Part shown: positions 22,932 to 34,289 of the stretch, piece by piece
Position numbering within the stretch: position 1 is the stretch's first letter
Layout: each line of letters begins with the position of its first letter
Source: Mytilus californianus
Taxonomy: Eukaryota
Assembly: GCF_021869535.1 (NCBI RefSeq)
Contig: NW_026262690.1
Span: 52,886,001 to 52,950,000, forward strand
Length of the DNA: 64,000 nucleotides
Direction: 5' to 3'
Notes under the pieces: model-generated
The model's input: the letters and a program-made list of their open reading frames with translations, nothing else
Databases searched by the model: none
What the model was told of the DNA's origin: nothing
Position numbers and translations under genes: made by a program

Positions 22932-25857
22932 TTAGTGCCGATGCAAAGACCCTATAAGTGAATCAATATTAACGCAAAAATATGCAATCTTTAATGACCT
23001 GACAACAGTATCGTAACTATATCCCTTCTTAATAAGTCTATTTAAAGGTTTTGTTAGCTTCAGAGGTAAATACTGACATTTTTGTGCTTTATAAAGAATA
23101 TTTCCATAAAAAATTGGATGTGAAATACCTGAACGTATAAGAAGTCTGCATGTTGAGCTATATTTACGAATGATGTCCTTATACCGATGATAACATTTAG
23201 TAAATGTTTTGACTAGTTTGTGATATCGAAAACCCTGGAGTAATAATTTTTCAGTAATACATAGATTTCTCTCGTTAAAATCTAAAAAATTGTTACATAC
23301 ACGAGCGAATCGTACAAGTTGAGATATATAAACACCGCAAGATGGTGACAAGGGAACGTCACCATCTAAAAATGGATAATTAACGATAGGAAATGAAAAA
23401 TCATCTCTTTTATCATATATTTTAGTATTAAGCTTTCCGTTAATGATATAGATATCAAGATCGAGGAAAGGGCAGTGGTCATTGTTAGTATTAGCTTTAT
23501 TTAAAGTAAGTTCAACAGGATAAATTTCTTAAGTATACATACTGAAGTCGTCATTATTGAGAGCCAAAATATCATCCAAATATCTAAAAGTATTATTAAA
23601 TTTGTGTATCAGATGTTGTTTCGATGGTTCTTTGCTGATTTTTGTCATAAATTGTAACTCATAGCAATACAAAAAAAGGTCCGCAATAAGTGGTGCACAG
23701 TTAGTCCCCATTGGAATTCCGATAACCTGACGATATACGGAATCTCCAAATCGAACAAAAATGTTATCTAGTAAAAATTCAAGGGCATATATAGTATCAA
23801 AGCATGTCCAATTGACATAGTTTTTTTGTTTATTGCTACTAAAAAATGACCTAAAAGAGTTTGAACATATATATTCACATTCTGACTTTTTAAATGCCCA
23901 TTTAATTAGGTGTGTGAATTTTTTCTTAATGAGAATGTGAGGCAATGTGGTATATAGGGTAGAAAAATCAAAACTTTGAACAGATTCAAAATCACCAATA
24001 TATGCATGCAATTTATCAAGCACTTCCAACGAGTTCTTGACACTCCAAAAGTAATTATTTCCACTATTTTCGAAGGCCTTATTTGAACAATTTATTATCA
24101 GGTTTTTGATTGTACCAAGTGTACTGGTAAGAAGAATAGACAATTAATAGTGGAACAATGGCTTGAAGACGAAATGAATCTATATTTGTAAGGTGTTTTG
24201 TGTAGCTTCGGAAGCCAATACATAGTTGGGACTTTCATTGTATTTGGTTCTGCTTGTAAAGCGGTAGCTAAAAGTTTATGTTTGTTACAGATGTCGTTTT
24301 CTGAAAATGGAGTCAGTTGGAATGTTGGTGTATTAGTGATTTCTTTTTTCAGAACCTCAATGTCAAATTTACGTCAAACAATAATAATATTATTAGCAGC
24401 TTTATCGGCCGGGACAAAAACAAATTCCTTGGCTAGTTCTTTTAGTTTATGTTTGATACGAGAAATAGGTTTATTGTGGTTATTGTTAAGAGTAAAATGT
24501 TCTTTAAAATGTTGAATACGTATATCAACTATGTTCATTACTGATTTAAAAAAAGAGTCCAAAGATTTTTTGTCAGCTTTTTCCCGTTTTATCCATTTCA
24601 AACAGTAAGTATGGAGTGAGTCGTGGATGATATCACGACACTCATTCCAATTAATAATTGACGGGGGACGATATTTAGGTCCTTTACTGAGGAATGATTT
24701 TAACTCTCGGTCTTGAACGATGTTAAGATCTCCTGTTATAACATGGGAAATGGGTCCATAAATGTATTCGGAATTACTGCAATTACATGAAGTAGGTGTA
24801 TTTTCACTGATATTAACATCTTTACACAATTGGCTATAATTAAACACAAATTTCCGGGTAGATTTCTTGTAAATATAACAAATAAGAGGGAGCTCAGTAT
24901 TATCAAAATATCCCGGAATTTGTTCTTTAACAGGATGGTCGTTAAAAATACCGGTAATATTTACAAAATCAAAACCTTTATTGACATACTTTATTTTAAT
25001 AAACTGTTTTTTATGATCTTCAGGGCGATCAATTTTGGGAAACAGTTTAGAATAACAATATGCCATTATAATTTGAACGATTTCATACTTAGGACTGCTA
25101 TATGAAATTGTGTTGCAATCCTCTAAAATTTTATTTAACTTATTAACCGGTAATGAACAGAGCTTTGTTAACAGATAATGTCTGCCGTTGTTTTTTGAAA
25201 TAGAAATTAGGTCCGAAATATTGGTATGATTGGTCCGAAATTTTCTTTGATTGCGATTTTTTCTACGACCATGAGAACGGTTTTTACGAACAGTTTTAGA
25301 ACCTATATCCAAAATGATAACAGAATCGGTTCTTGATATATTACCAATTCCCATGATATTATCATTAAGACCGAGAGGGTAGACTGTCTGTAATTTTTTA
25401 ATCCAATTTAATTCAATTATTTTCCGCGATCGTACAAACTTTGAATGAGATTCACCAGGCTGCTTATTTACTACTTCTAAAGGTTGAACTGCTAAATATT
25501 TAATAGGATGATTGTGCTTCTTAAGGTGTTGATAAATGATACTTTTGAATTTATTGGGTCTTTTAAAACGATACAGATGTTCCTGAGTGCGTTTAGATAA
25601 ATATCGTCCAGTTTCACCTACGTACTGAATACCGCATCCCGGTTTGTTTCATGTGAGTAAATAAATTATACTGTTTGTTTTTCAAGTTATATCAGTTTCA
25701 AAATTTAAAGAAAATGTGCGACCATTAAACGTGGACCTTACCGTATTGTTGGTGGAAAGACGGGGACATGTAAGTCATTTTTTGGCATGACACTTATCGA
25801 TAGAAGGGTAACCACGATTTTTATTGTTAAAAATGTTAGCGATGGTAGTATTTTTAG
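22932..25857 (-). pseudogene. Naiad EN-RT polyprotein (~975 codons) with four in-frame TGA (putative Sec), one frameshift (~24145) and one TAA (23529-23531)
   Basis: ..KCHAKK*LTCP..DIT*KTNSIIYLLT*NKPGCGIQYVGETGRYLSKRTQEH..YQH..IELNWIKKLQTVYPLGLND (GIY-YIG, CCHH-type); ..VPADKAANNIIIV*RKF..PTMYWLPKLHK..DFSTLYT..GIPMGTNCAP..RYLDD..FLDLDI..IYDKRDDF..GVYISQLVRFAR (RT). TGA positions: 25775-77, 25682-84, 25649-51, 24374-76. Confidence 0.9.
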
Positions 25858-28800
25858 ATAAGATGTCTATTTACGAATAAATGTCCTTATACCGATGATA
25901 AAATTAAGTAAATGTTTTGACAAGTTTGTGATATCGAAAACCCTGGTGTAATAATTTTTTACCTGTTTGCAGATTTTGCTTTGCTGATCATTTTAGCTTT
26001 TTAAAGTTTCTATTTATCTACTATAGTTTTCAAACTAATAGGCAAAGTTTTTAACACGTAAAATGGTAAGAATTGTCATTTAACGGCAACGAAGAGTTGA
26101 ATGACGATTTCAGCAATATTGACTTATATGTATAGATCTTGTCTTGCTAATCACTTTTGCTATTTATAGTTTCTATAATTTTCAAAATAATTGGCAAAAA
26201 CGCAAAAAATTGGTAAAAATCGTCATTAAAGGACAATAACTCCAATAAAGAGTCAACTAACAATTCTTGACTTATTTGTAGATCTTGTTTTATGACAATT
26301 TTTGCCATTTAATATTTCTATCTATCTTTTATTGGTCACCGTACGGTCTTCAACAATAAACAAAACACATACCATATAGCATGATATACAAGGCCCCTAT
26401 ATGAGAAATGTAAAAACAATTCAAACAAGAAAACAAACGGCCTCATTTATGTAAAAACAATAGACAAAAACAAGTTTGCTATACAGTAACAAACACCAAC
26501 AACTAAATAACAGGCTCCAAAATATAAAAATCAGTTGAAAAGGATCGATACAAATCACACAAACGGTAGTATTTATTCTTCCATAGGCGACAATACTAAC
26601 ATTTTCTAAATTTTACTACTTTTGATAATAAAAACCTGGAAAAAACAGTTTTGTATACTTTATTACTCTGTTTTAGAAATTGAAGTCAAATAGTATCATA
26701 ACCATCTTCCAACGGAGCTTAAATTGTTTGTGGTATCCATGCCAACCGTCATTTTACATCAAATTTATGAAAGTTTGGAAGTCTCTTCGAATAATTCTCA
26801 AGAAAATATTTCTAAGGGTTTCAAAATTTATATTGTGAATATACACACTGTAGTTATTCATGAATAAAAAAATATATATATTATACCCTTACACCAAATC
26901 ACAGCGCTCCTAAGTTGACTTCCTTCGCCTGCCTTGGATACACAAAAGGCCAACTTAAAGCTGGGAAAATGTATCTTACTTTTTTCCCTAAAAGATAGTT
27001 AAAATCCAATAAAAACTCATAAAAACATCATGTATCCAAGACTAAAATATCAATCAGTACACAACCAATGGATTTAGTGTAAACACGTCATAAACCGGCA
27101 GAGAAAAACATGATCTTGTGCAATGCGAAAATATAAGTATCGACAAAGGACCGTAAATATCCATAGGTGTAAAGCAATAACATTTAGTATTTATTTATTT
27201 ATTGCTAACAAAACCAATGTTTGTACATATAAAAAACGATATTCACAAATGTTCTTACAGTGTTAAATTGACAACCTTAAAGTGCCAAAACGAGTTAGAT
27301 TATCTTGGCAAAATATCGATCTGAATGTTTAGGTTTCTACGTCACCATATATGACTAAGACATCAGCAAAATCAACGTCTGCAAAAGAACCATGATATAT
27401 TACATTCAAATATTTTCTACTAGTACTTTGTTAGTTCGGTATGTTCTAACTGCTATTTATCATTTAATTTAGTTATTTTATTTTATTTGTTTACACTTAA
27501 CGCATTGGTACTTTCCAACAAGCATGTACCGAATATTGATTAACACTCTTTGAGTCTATGCTAGAAGTTGTAATTCAAAATGCATGCAGTTTGTCAGTGC
27601 ATTGTTGAAGATATTCAATCGACTGTCGTGACGGATAGTAGCAAGAAAGGCTGTTCTATTGATATGTTACTGTTTTGGTACTGTATAGGTATTTTGAAAA
27701 GGTTGACTTGTATGTTAGAGCCTAGGCGGTTTTGATATTAATGATATTTAAGCTCTGACACAATACCAAAATGGGTCTTTTTCTGTAATATTCTGATATT
27801 TCTGTTTAACCATGATTCAGTTAGTGTAGAATCTAACACGATACGAATTGTATAATTTCATTTTCTTATGCATAGTTAAGGACTTTCCACAAATTATTTA
27901 CATTCTTAATTCACTTCTTGCTTTACTTGTTTTGCAATTTTGGCTTTGCCTCTAGAAACTTTATGTCAAATGAAATAATCATGTCAATAAAGGAGGTAAT
28001 GATATTAATTTGCCTGTTTTGTCAGATCTTTTATTTAAGTAAATTTAGTCGGCATCAAAATTATTGTTAATTGTTAATATCTTAGATGTAACATTTTCCA
28101 AAATAAGCGGACTATGTGGTATGGGTTTTGCTCATTGTTGAAGGCCGTACGGTGACCTATAGCTGATAATTTCTGTGTCATTTGGTCTCTTGTGGGGAGT
28201 TGTCTCATTGGCAATCATACCATATCTTCTTATTTTTATAGTAGTCTACCCCTTTTTAGATTTTTATTTTTAGACTTGATCTTAAGTTACCTTATATCCG
28301 ACATTTTTATAGATGTTCTATCTATGTTGATGTTGGCAATACTGTTTGTCGGATTGGGACACGGGATATAAGTTTGAATAAAAACACTGGTATCTTATGG
28401 ATTGATTAATCATTTTTTAAATGGGTTTCAGCTGTTTTCAAAAACTAAAGTACAGAGTTTGATGACCAAAAAACCGAAAAACGGCAGTTTTGTAACACTG
28501 GATGTTTAAGTCGAGGAGCTACAAAAATTCAGATTTTACAGAAATATTGGTTGTAAAGCTAATCAAATTTAAATTTTTTTTTCCTACTAGTTAATAGGGC
28601 GATGTTTTAATTTTTTGAATAGTGTTGTCTATACAACATTGTTGTTTTATTAGCAAATTAGATATATGCAAACATAAAAGTACAAATGTATAAGAACACA
28701 CGTAAATATCACAAAAGGATCCAAAATTGTATTTTCAATTATGATTTCTCGAATTCTTGTTCTACGAATTTTCTTAAATTATGATATGTTAATGCGCTCA

Positions 28801-29574
28801 AATTTCTGTTTCGTTGATATGAAATTGATAGTGGTGACCAAATTCTTTTTCTCTCTCTCTCTCTCTCATTGTTCGTATAAATAGTTGTCTTTGAACAGCG
28901 ATGACAAAAGTTAGCGCGAAGTGCTGACTGCATTGTGCATAGAAATATTAAATGTGAAATTTGAGAGGCAATAAAATATTGGTTTAAGAAAAATACGTAA
29001 AACAGGTTTTATTTGATTAAGAAAAGGCAATATAAAGTAGAATTTGCAAATTTTAAAACAGCGTCTGAGGGCATTCATTTAAAAAATGTAAGGTTCGCAC
29101 AAAACGAAAAAGGAAAAACACCAGAAAAGAAATAAAAGCATGGAAATATATTTTCCTCTGTGTCTGTTTCCAAGCCATATATAGTGTTTACATATTAGTA
29201 GTAAAAGTGGTTCTGTAGTTATATAGTAATAGTGAAATATACCTCCAGGAGTGTTCGCATGTGTGCCTTTAGTCGAATACACGAAAAATGGCGCATCTAA
29301 ATTTGGAATCTTAAAGCAATTCTGGTTCCGAACACGACCTACATCAGTAAAATCGACAATCATAAACCACATTTGTGTACAGTTGTTATACGTTGTAACG
29401 TCAAACTTATGTTTACCAACATCGGCATACCTGTAATATACGGATATAATATATGAAGTCAGTAAAGACAATAGATCTGATATTGTTTTGAAATGAACAA
29501 AATGTACATGGACTATTCACATAAATCAATACAATAAAATTAAAGCAATAGATGAATAAAAATTTCTTTGGATG

Positions 29575-30620
29575 TTTTACAAAATGTAGATCAATGATGT
29601 GCTTGTTAATGTCATTTGGTTGACAGTTACAGTGTATGACTTTTCAACTCTATACACTACGCTTGTACACAATATTATCAAACAGAAGTGTTCTTATTCA
29701 ATTATGTGGACTGATTACAATTTTATTTGCTGCAGCTCATATAAAGCCCTCTTTTGTAATGAAAAAGGTAAATATGCTAGATAATCATATACTTACTGGA
29801 ACTTTGATGAGATTATAAATGCTGTTAATTTTCTCCTTGACAACTTCTGTTTACTTTTCGAAAATAATATTTATTTAGATGGTACATATATGTATTGCTT
29901 CAGGTATTATTTAAATAGCAGACTTGTTCTTGTGTTGGTAGTAATTACAGTTTATGGCCAAACTAAAAAGCAACAACTGTCCCCTTCTAGATTAGGATAT
30001 TTTAGTTTTACATGTGAAACACCATATACAAATTTACGACAAAAGATTTGTCGTTCCATACTGTTCATTTTCATGTTTTGATAGGTGACGTTCCTGTGGC
30101 CCATTCTTATCTATACTACTAAAATAACGAGGTCCAATTTGTTACCCGACATGACGTAAAAACGACGAAATCAACGAATTCAACTTTAAATATAACTAAC
30201 ATAGGACAATGGTGTGGATTGAAAATTACACCATTCCAGGCCCTTTTGTTTATCACATAATTAAAATTAACAATAATTAACAAGTTCCGGGTCGAATCCG
30301 ATACCGATACCAATAGTACCTGTTACCTGTTACCTAATCTGTACGTTCCGCCTCTGTCAGGCGCATCACCAAACGGTGTATTTGGGATTTGCTATATACA
30401 CGGGTCATAATCACACCTGAACTTCGTCATTATACAGGGATTGACACTTCTAAATTCGTTCATTGACCAAACAAATATGTCTACAAGTAGTTTCCGGTTC
30501 CACTGAGTACGTCGCGGGTGTGTTCTAGTGGTGTGTATGTTTCCGGTTCCACTGAGTACGTCGCGGGTGTGTTCTAGTGGTGTGTATGTTTCCTTACTCT
30601 TTCGCTATGTTTCTGTTTGT
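29575..30620 (+). mobile_element. Degenerate Penelope-like RT fragment interrupted by a Helitron (duplicate at ~41520-42500)
   Basis: DFSTLYTTLVHNIIKQK, AVNFLLDN, IADLFL and a IYDK..GDVP.AHSY|GVYVS-like C-terminal motif. Confidence 0.7.
30110..30528 (+). mobile_element. Short non-autonomous Helitron (419 bp)
   Basis: Begins TCTATACTACT after an A, ends CTAG before a T, has a GC-rich remnant hairpin (GTCGCGGG) before the 3' end, and has no TSD. Removing it restores the host codons CAT TCT TAT GGT GTG TAT (HSYGVY). Confidence 0.8.
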
Positions 30621-31641
30621 AGTTATGAGTTCGTTTCAATGAACATAATCTATGTATATGAAGTAAATGATTAAGTCGGGAATTTTTTTTCCAGAAATTT
30701 CTTTCTTTACCTTTACTAAATTCTTTCATAGATAACAATATTTAGTTTCAAAGTTTGGCTGCATCTGTAAAAACCTTACTACAAACAGGAGATCACATTC
30801 TGATCTTTACAGTGAGGATCTTAATATAGAGATCTTACATTTATATAATATCCGTGTAAATTTACTTACCCTTTGAATACGTAGTCAATTTTACACTTTA
30901 GAAAGATCTTTGACTATTGCCTTGATGGGTACTAAGATTTAAATCACAACTAAACATTTATAGCTATACAGCTATGAATACGTATGGTCTTAAATCAGTA
31001 TATTTTGGGATTGCAAAAGGTCACGCTTTTCCCAGATTGTTTATGACGTCATTACACTAAATCTGTAGGATCTGCACTGATCGATATTTTTAGCCTGGGA
31101 ATCATGATGTATTTATTAGTTGTAATTGGCTTTGAACTCGCTTTCAGTATTTGTGATTACTTTTAGATAGGTGTTGTATATCTTTTGTTTTTTGTCAGTT
31201 TTTTTTTTATTATGCTTCGTGTCGATTTGATGTGTCAAGCCCTTTCCAACTGATTTTTACAGTTTGTTCAGATGATGTGCTGTTACACCACTGTCCCATG
31301 TTTGGGAAGGATACAAACGTGTTTAACGCCATCACATTCTGTATGTACCTGTATTTTAGATGTTGTCGTTGGTTACTGTCTGACAAATTTGCTTTCCGTT
31401 TATTGCTTTATCATAAATTAGGCCGTTTATTGCTTTATCTTAAATTATGCCGTTGGATTTTCTCTCGTTTGAATGGCTTTTCATTTTGTAAATAATGAAG
31501 AATTTTCTAAATATACTGCCGAAATTTACCCAAAGAAACTTACTTTAAATAAATTAAACATAAACGGTAATAACTGTCCTTTTCTATATTCAGATATTTC
31601 AGTTTTACACGGGAAACGCTAGACAAAAATTTACAACAAGA

Positions 31642-32763
31642 TCAAGGACGAGTATTTTATTTGCAAGCGACATTTCTATAGGCGACGCTTTTAAAGCCGC
31701 GAATAACATCAAAGCAAAATCGGAAATTGCTCAAAAGTTGAAAGAGGGTGGTGTTATCATCTCTCCGACTTTATGTTGTAACCATGAAGAGGCAGATACC
31801 ACCACGCTTTTCCATGCTTATCACGTCGATGCAATTTTTTGGTGGTAAAGACAGTAAGGATAGAATTGTTATAAAATCAGATGATACTGATGTTCTTGTT
31901 CTGGCTGTCCATTTATACCTGATGCTTAAAATAACAAAAGAAGTATTGGTGCAGACTGGTTCAATTGAAAGCTTGAAGGATAACAGACAATTTATCCCAG
32001 TTCACGCTACTGTATCGTCTTTTGACCCCAGTTGTCACCAAAATCTGCAATCATTCGTGCTTTGAGTGGATGGGATTCCACTTCAAGTTTTTGAGGAACC
32101 GGTAAAAAATCGGTATGCAACCTTCTTAAGACGAAAACGATCCCATTCAGTAATCTTGTAGCATTAGCACACGATGATGTTGCTGGTGCTATAGATGATG
32201 CTAGGGTGTTTGTTACTGCGTTGTACGACTCAAAATACAAGTCCAATAAACCGCATAACAATTCAAATGTGCTAGGATAACAGTTGGCTATATTCAAAGA
32301 TAAAAGTATAAAAAAGCTTTCACCATGTTAGTGTTTAAGCAACACGTACTACATTTGTACGTGCAATATGGCAAAGCAAAGTTTTGGTGTAGGCAAAATT
32401 ATGTTGCCAACCCAAATAATGGCAGCCCATGAAAGTTTGGTTGGAAAATTTAGCAAAATGACAGTTTCCTTTAGAAGACAAAAGGCATCAGACTATCTAC
32501 AAGACCTTGTTTGTTCGCGGAAGGGGGAAAGAATGTGGAGGCAGCATGTGTTTATAAGGAGGATCGACTCATTTCTAAAACGATATTACGAGAACAAATA
32601 AGTCATGAACATTTAATTAACTTACGATCAATTTTAGTCGTTTAATTTTTTGTTAAAAGAGTCGTAGGTGGCCTGTTGCAAGGGAAAAGTTTTGTCCCTA
32701 TCCAATATACCCTCATATTTAGTGGCAGTCCAAAGGCTCAGCCTTCATTCCGGACGGCCTCTG
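31642..32763 (+). mobile_element. Decayed PIN-like nuclease/Cys-cluster transposon-like ORF (duplicate copy)
   Basis: Same motifs as 16052-17162 (HEEADT, SDDTDVLVL, SGWDSTS), inside duplication unit 2. Confidence 0.6.
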
Positions 32764-33977
32764 TTACAGAACATACCTTTTGTATTTATTGTTACTGTGT
32801 TCTCGTCCTGAACATGCATGAAATAATTGCCACTGAACGTTAAGTAACCAGCAATCAATCATTAAATCTTTCTTGCACAAATTGTGTTTTGTCAAAATGT
32901 AGGTAGTTGTAACAATGTCCAGGCCGTATCAGCCGACATAGCTGATGACACAGATGAAATATCATGAACATTATTTATTGAAAATATTTTTAAACGGATG
33001 TTCCTCGTTCATTTCGTATGTAAATTTCAACTTTCCATAATTATTTCGATGTTTCATTTTGTATTTGAAAACGGTCATGTCATACTTTTGGAATTTGTCA
33101 TAAAACTCGCTTGCATTCATTACAGTAGCGTCGACTGAAAGTTAATCGTAGTTGTTACTTCGATAACGCACGCTTCTTATATTATCATCTGATCAATTAT
33201 CGTGTATTGAGACTTACAGTGGCATTTATTTCAAGAAAACTCAGTGACATGTCGAATCCTGGAAAACTGAAAAATTTAACCTGCAAATGCTGTTGTAATT
33301 TATCCACCAATGTATTTCGGATACTCTTTTAATACCTATTACTAGTATTCTCAAATATGTATATATAGTCCAGAAATGTTATTTATCGAGGTCGAAGATC
33401 AAGGTAATTCTGTTGCTGTTGTTGTTAGGCTTTGAAATTTCCACCAAACATGTTACCTTCGAAAAAGTTAAATAATGCGTTATTCTGACGTCATATGCAA
33501 ATATGAAACACATCTAAGTCGGAACTTTAGCATTGGCAAATAACTCTACTTGTATAATTCATTGAATGGATTATTGAGTTCGAAAAAGATCTGCGGTTTG
33601 TTTCTCTAGATGAAAAAAGGATGTTTTTTAGTGATGACCTTTGACCTTGATTTAAGGCATGATGGCACCAGCTTTCACACATATTTTTAAAAAATACACG
33701 ATTTAAGCTTCCAAATGATCTATTATACACCCAACATCATGAAAGTGGTTACAAAGCAACTTGTCGAAATCAATTTTATTTTTGAACCAGTAGTCCACAG
33801 CTTCTACAATAAAGTACATTTATTATTTACCTTTTGATGTTGATGTAACTGTGTCCTAAAACTATTACAATGTCTTATATAAATTACATTGTTTCAACTA
33901 CTGTAACAATCGCACGCCAATCTTTATCATAAAAGACAGTTGATTGGATAAAGTGATGGATTGCCACGCCTATATTA

Positions 33978-34289
33978 TGCTGCGTTCACACGTAATTCGA
34001 ATTCGATTCGCATCAACTAATTCGAATTAGTTTAAATCGCATTCGAAACGTTTTACGTCCAAACGTAAATTCTAATTCGAATTGCAATTGCGTTCGCTTT
34101 ACTGTCCGAACGACGTTAACTTTTAATTCGTATTAACAAAAACGCATTTCTAATGCGAATTGGATAATGCGATTTAGCCAATTCAAATCAATTCGAATTA
34201 AAAAAGAAGAGTGTGTGAACGCGATTAGCGAATTCGATTCGCATTCGATTCGAATTCAATTCGAATTAAATGTACGTGTGAACGAGGCA
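33978..34289. mobile_element. Harbinger-like MITE (duplicate copy)
   Basis: Same TIRs and internal palindromes as 18397-18714. Confidence 0.7.

Larger units (their letters stand above)
22293..25857 (-). mobile_element. Near full-length Naiad-type Penelope-like retroelement (GIY-YIG N-terminal to RT) with SECIS; predicted selenoprotein-encoding family
   Basis: One long reading frame 25857->22932, a ~640-nt 3' UTR, and a flanking ATAAGAT duplication (22286-22292, 25858-25864). The empty site is present at ~37856. Confidence 0.92.
15897..31489. repeat. Tandem segmental duplication, unit 1 (15,593 bp including a 3,572-bp Naiad insertion)
   Basis: Sequence from AAATAATGAAGAATTTTC (15897) to GGCTTTTCATTTTGT (31489) is repeated colinearly at 31490-43383 with scattered substitutions and indels. 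Confidence 0.95.

Noticed and set aside
23529-25777. Alternative reading of the in-frame TGA as Trp (variant genetic code) or as simple decay
   Set aside because: Trp positions in the same ORF use TGG, the TGA fall at Cys-type positions, two are shared with a divergent family, and a SECIS is present. The single TAA (K->stop) and the frameshift are treated as real decay.
25865-25962. Apparent pseudo-LTR (partial tandem) upstream of the young Naiad
   Set aside because: It matches the older fragment seen uninterrupted at 37860-37960, so it is target DNA rather than part of the inserted element.
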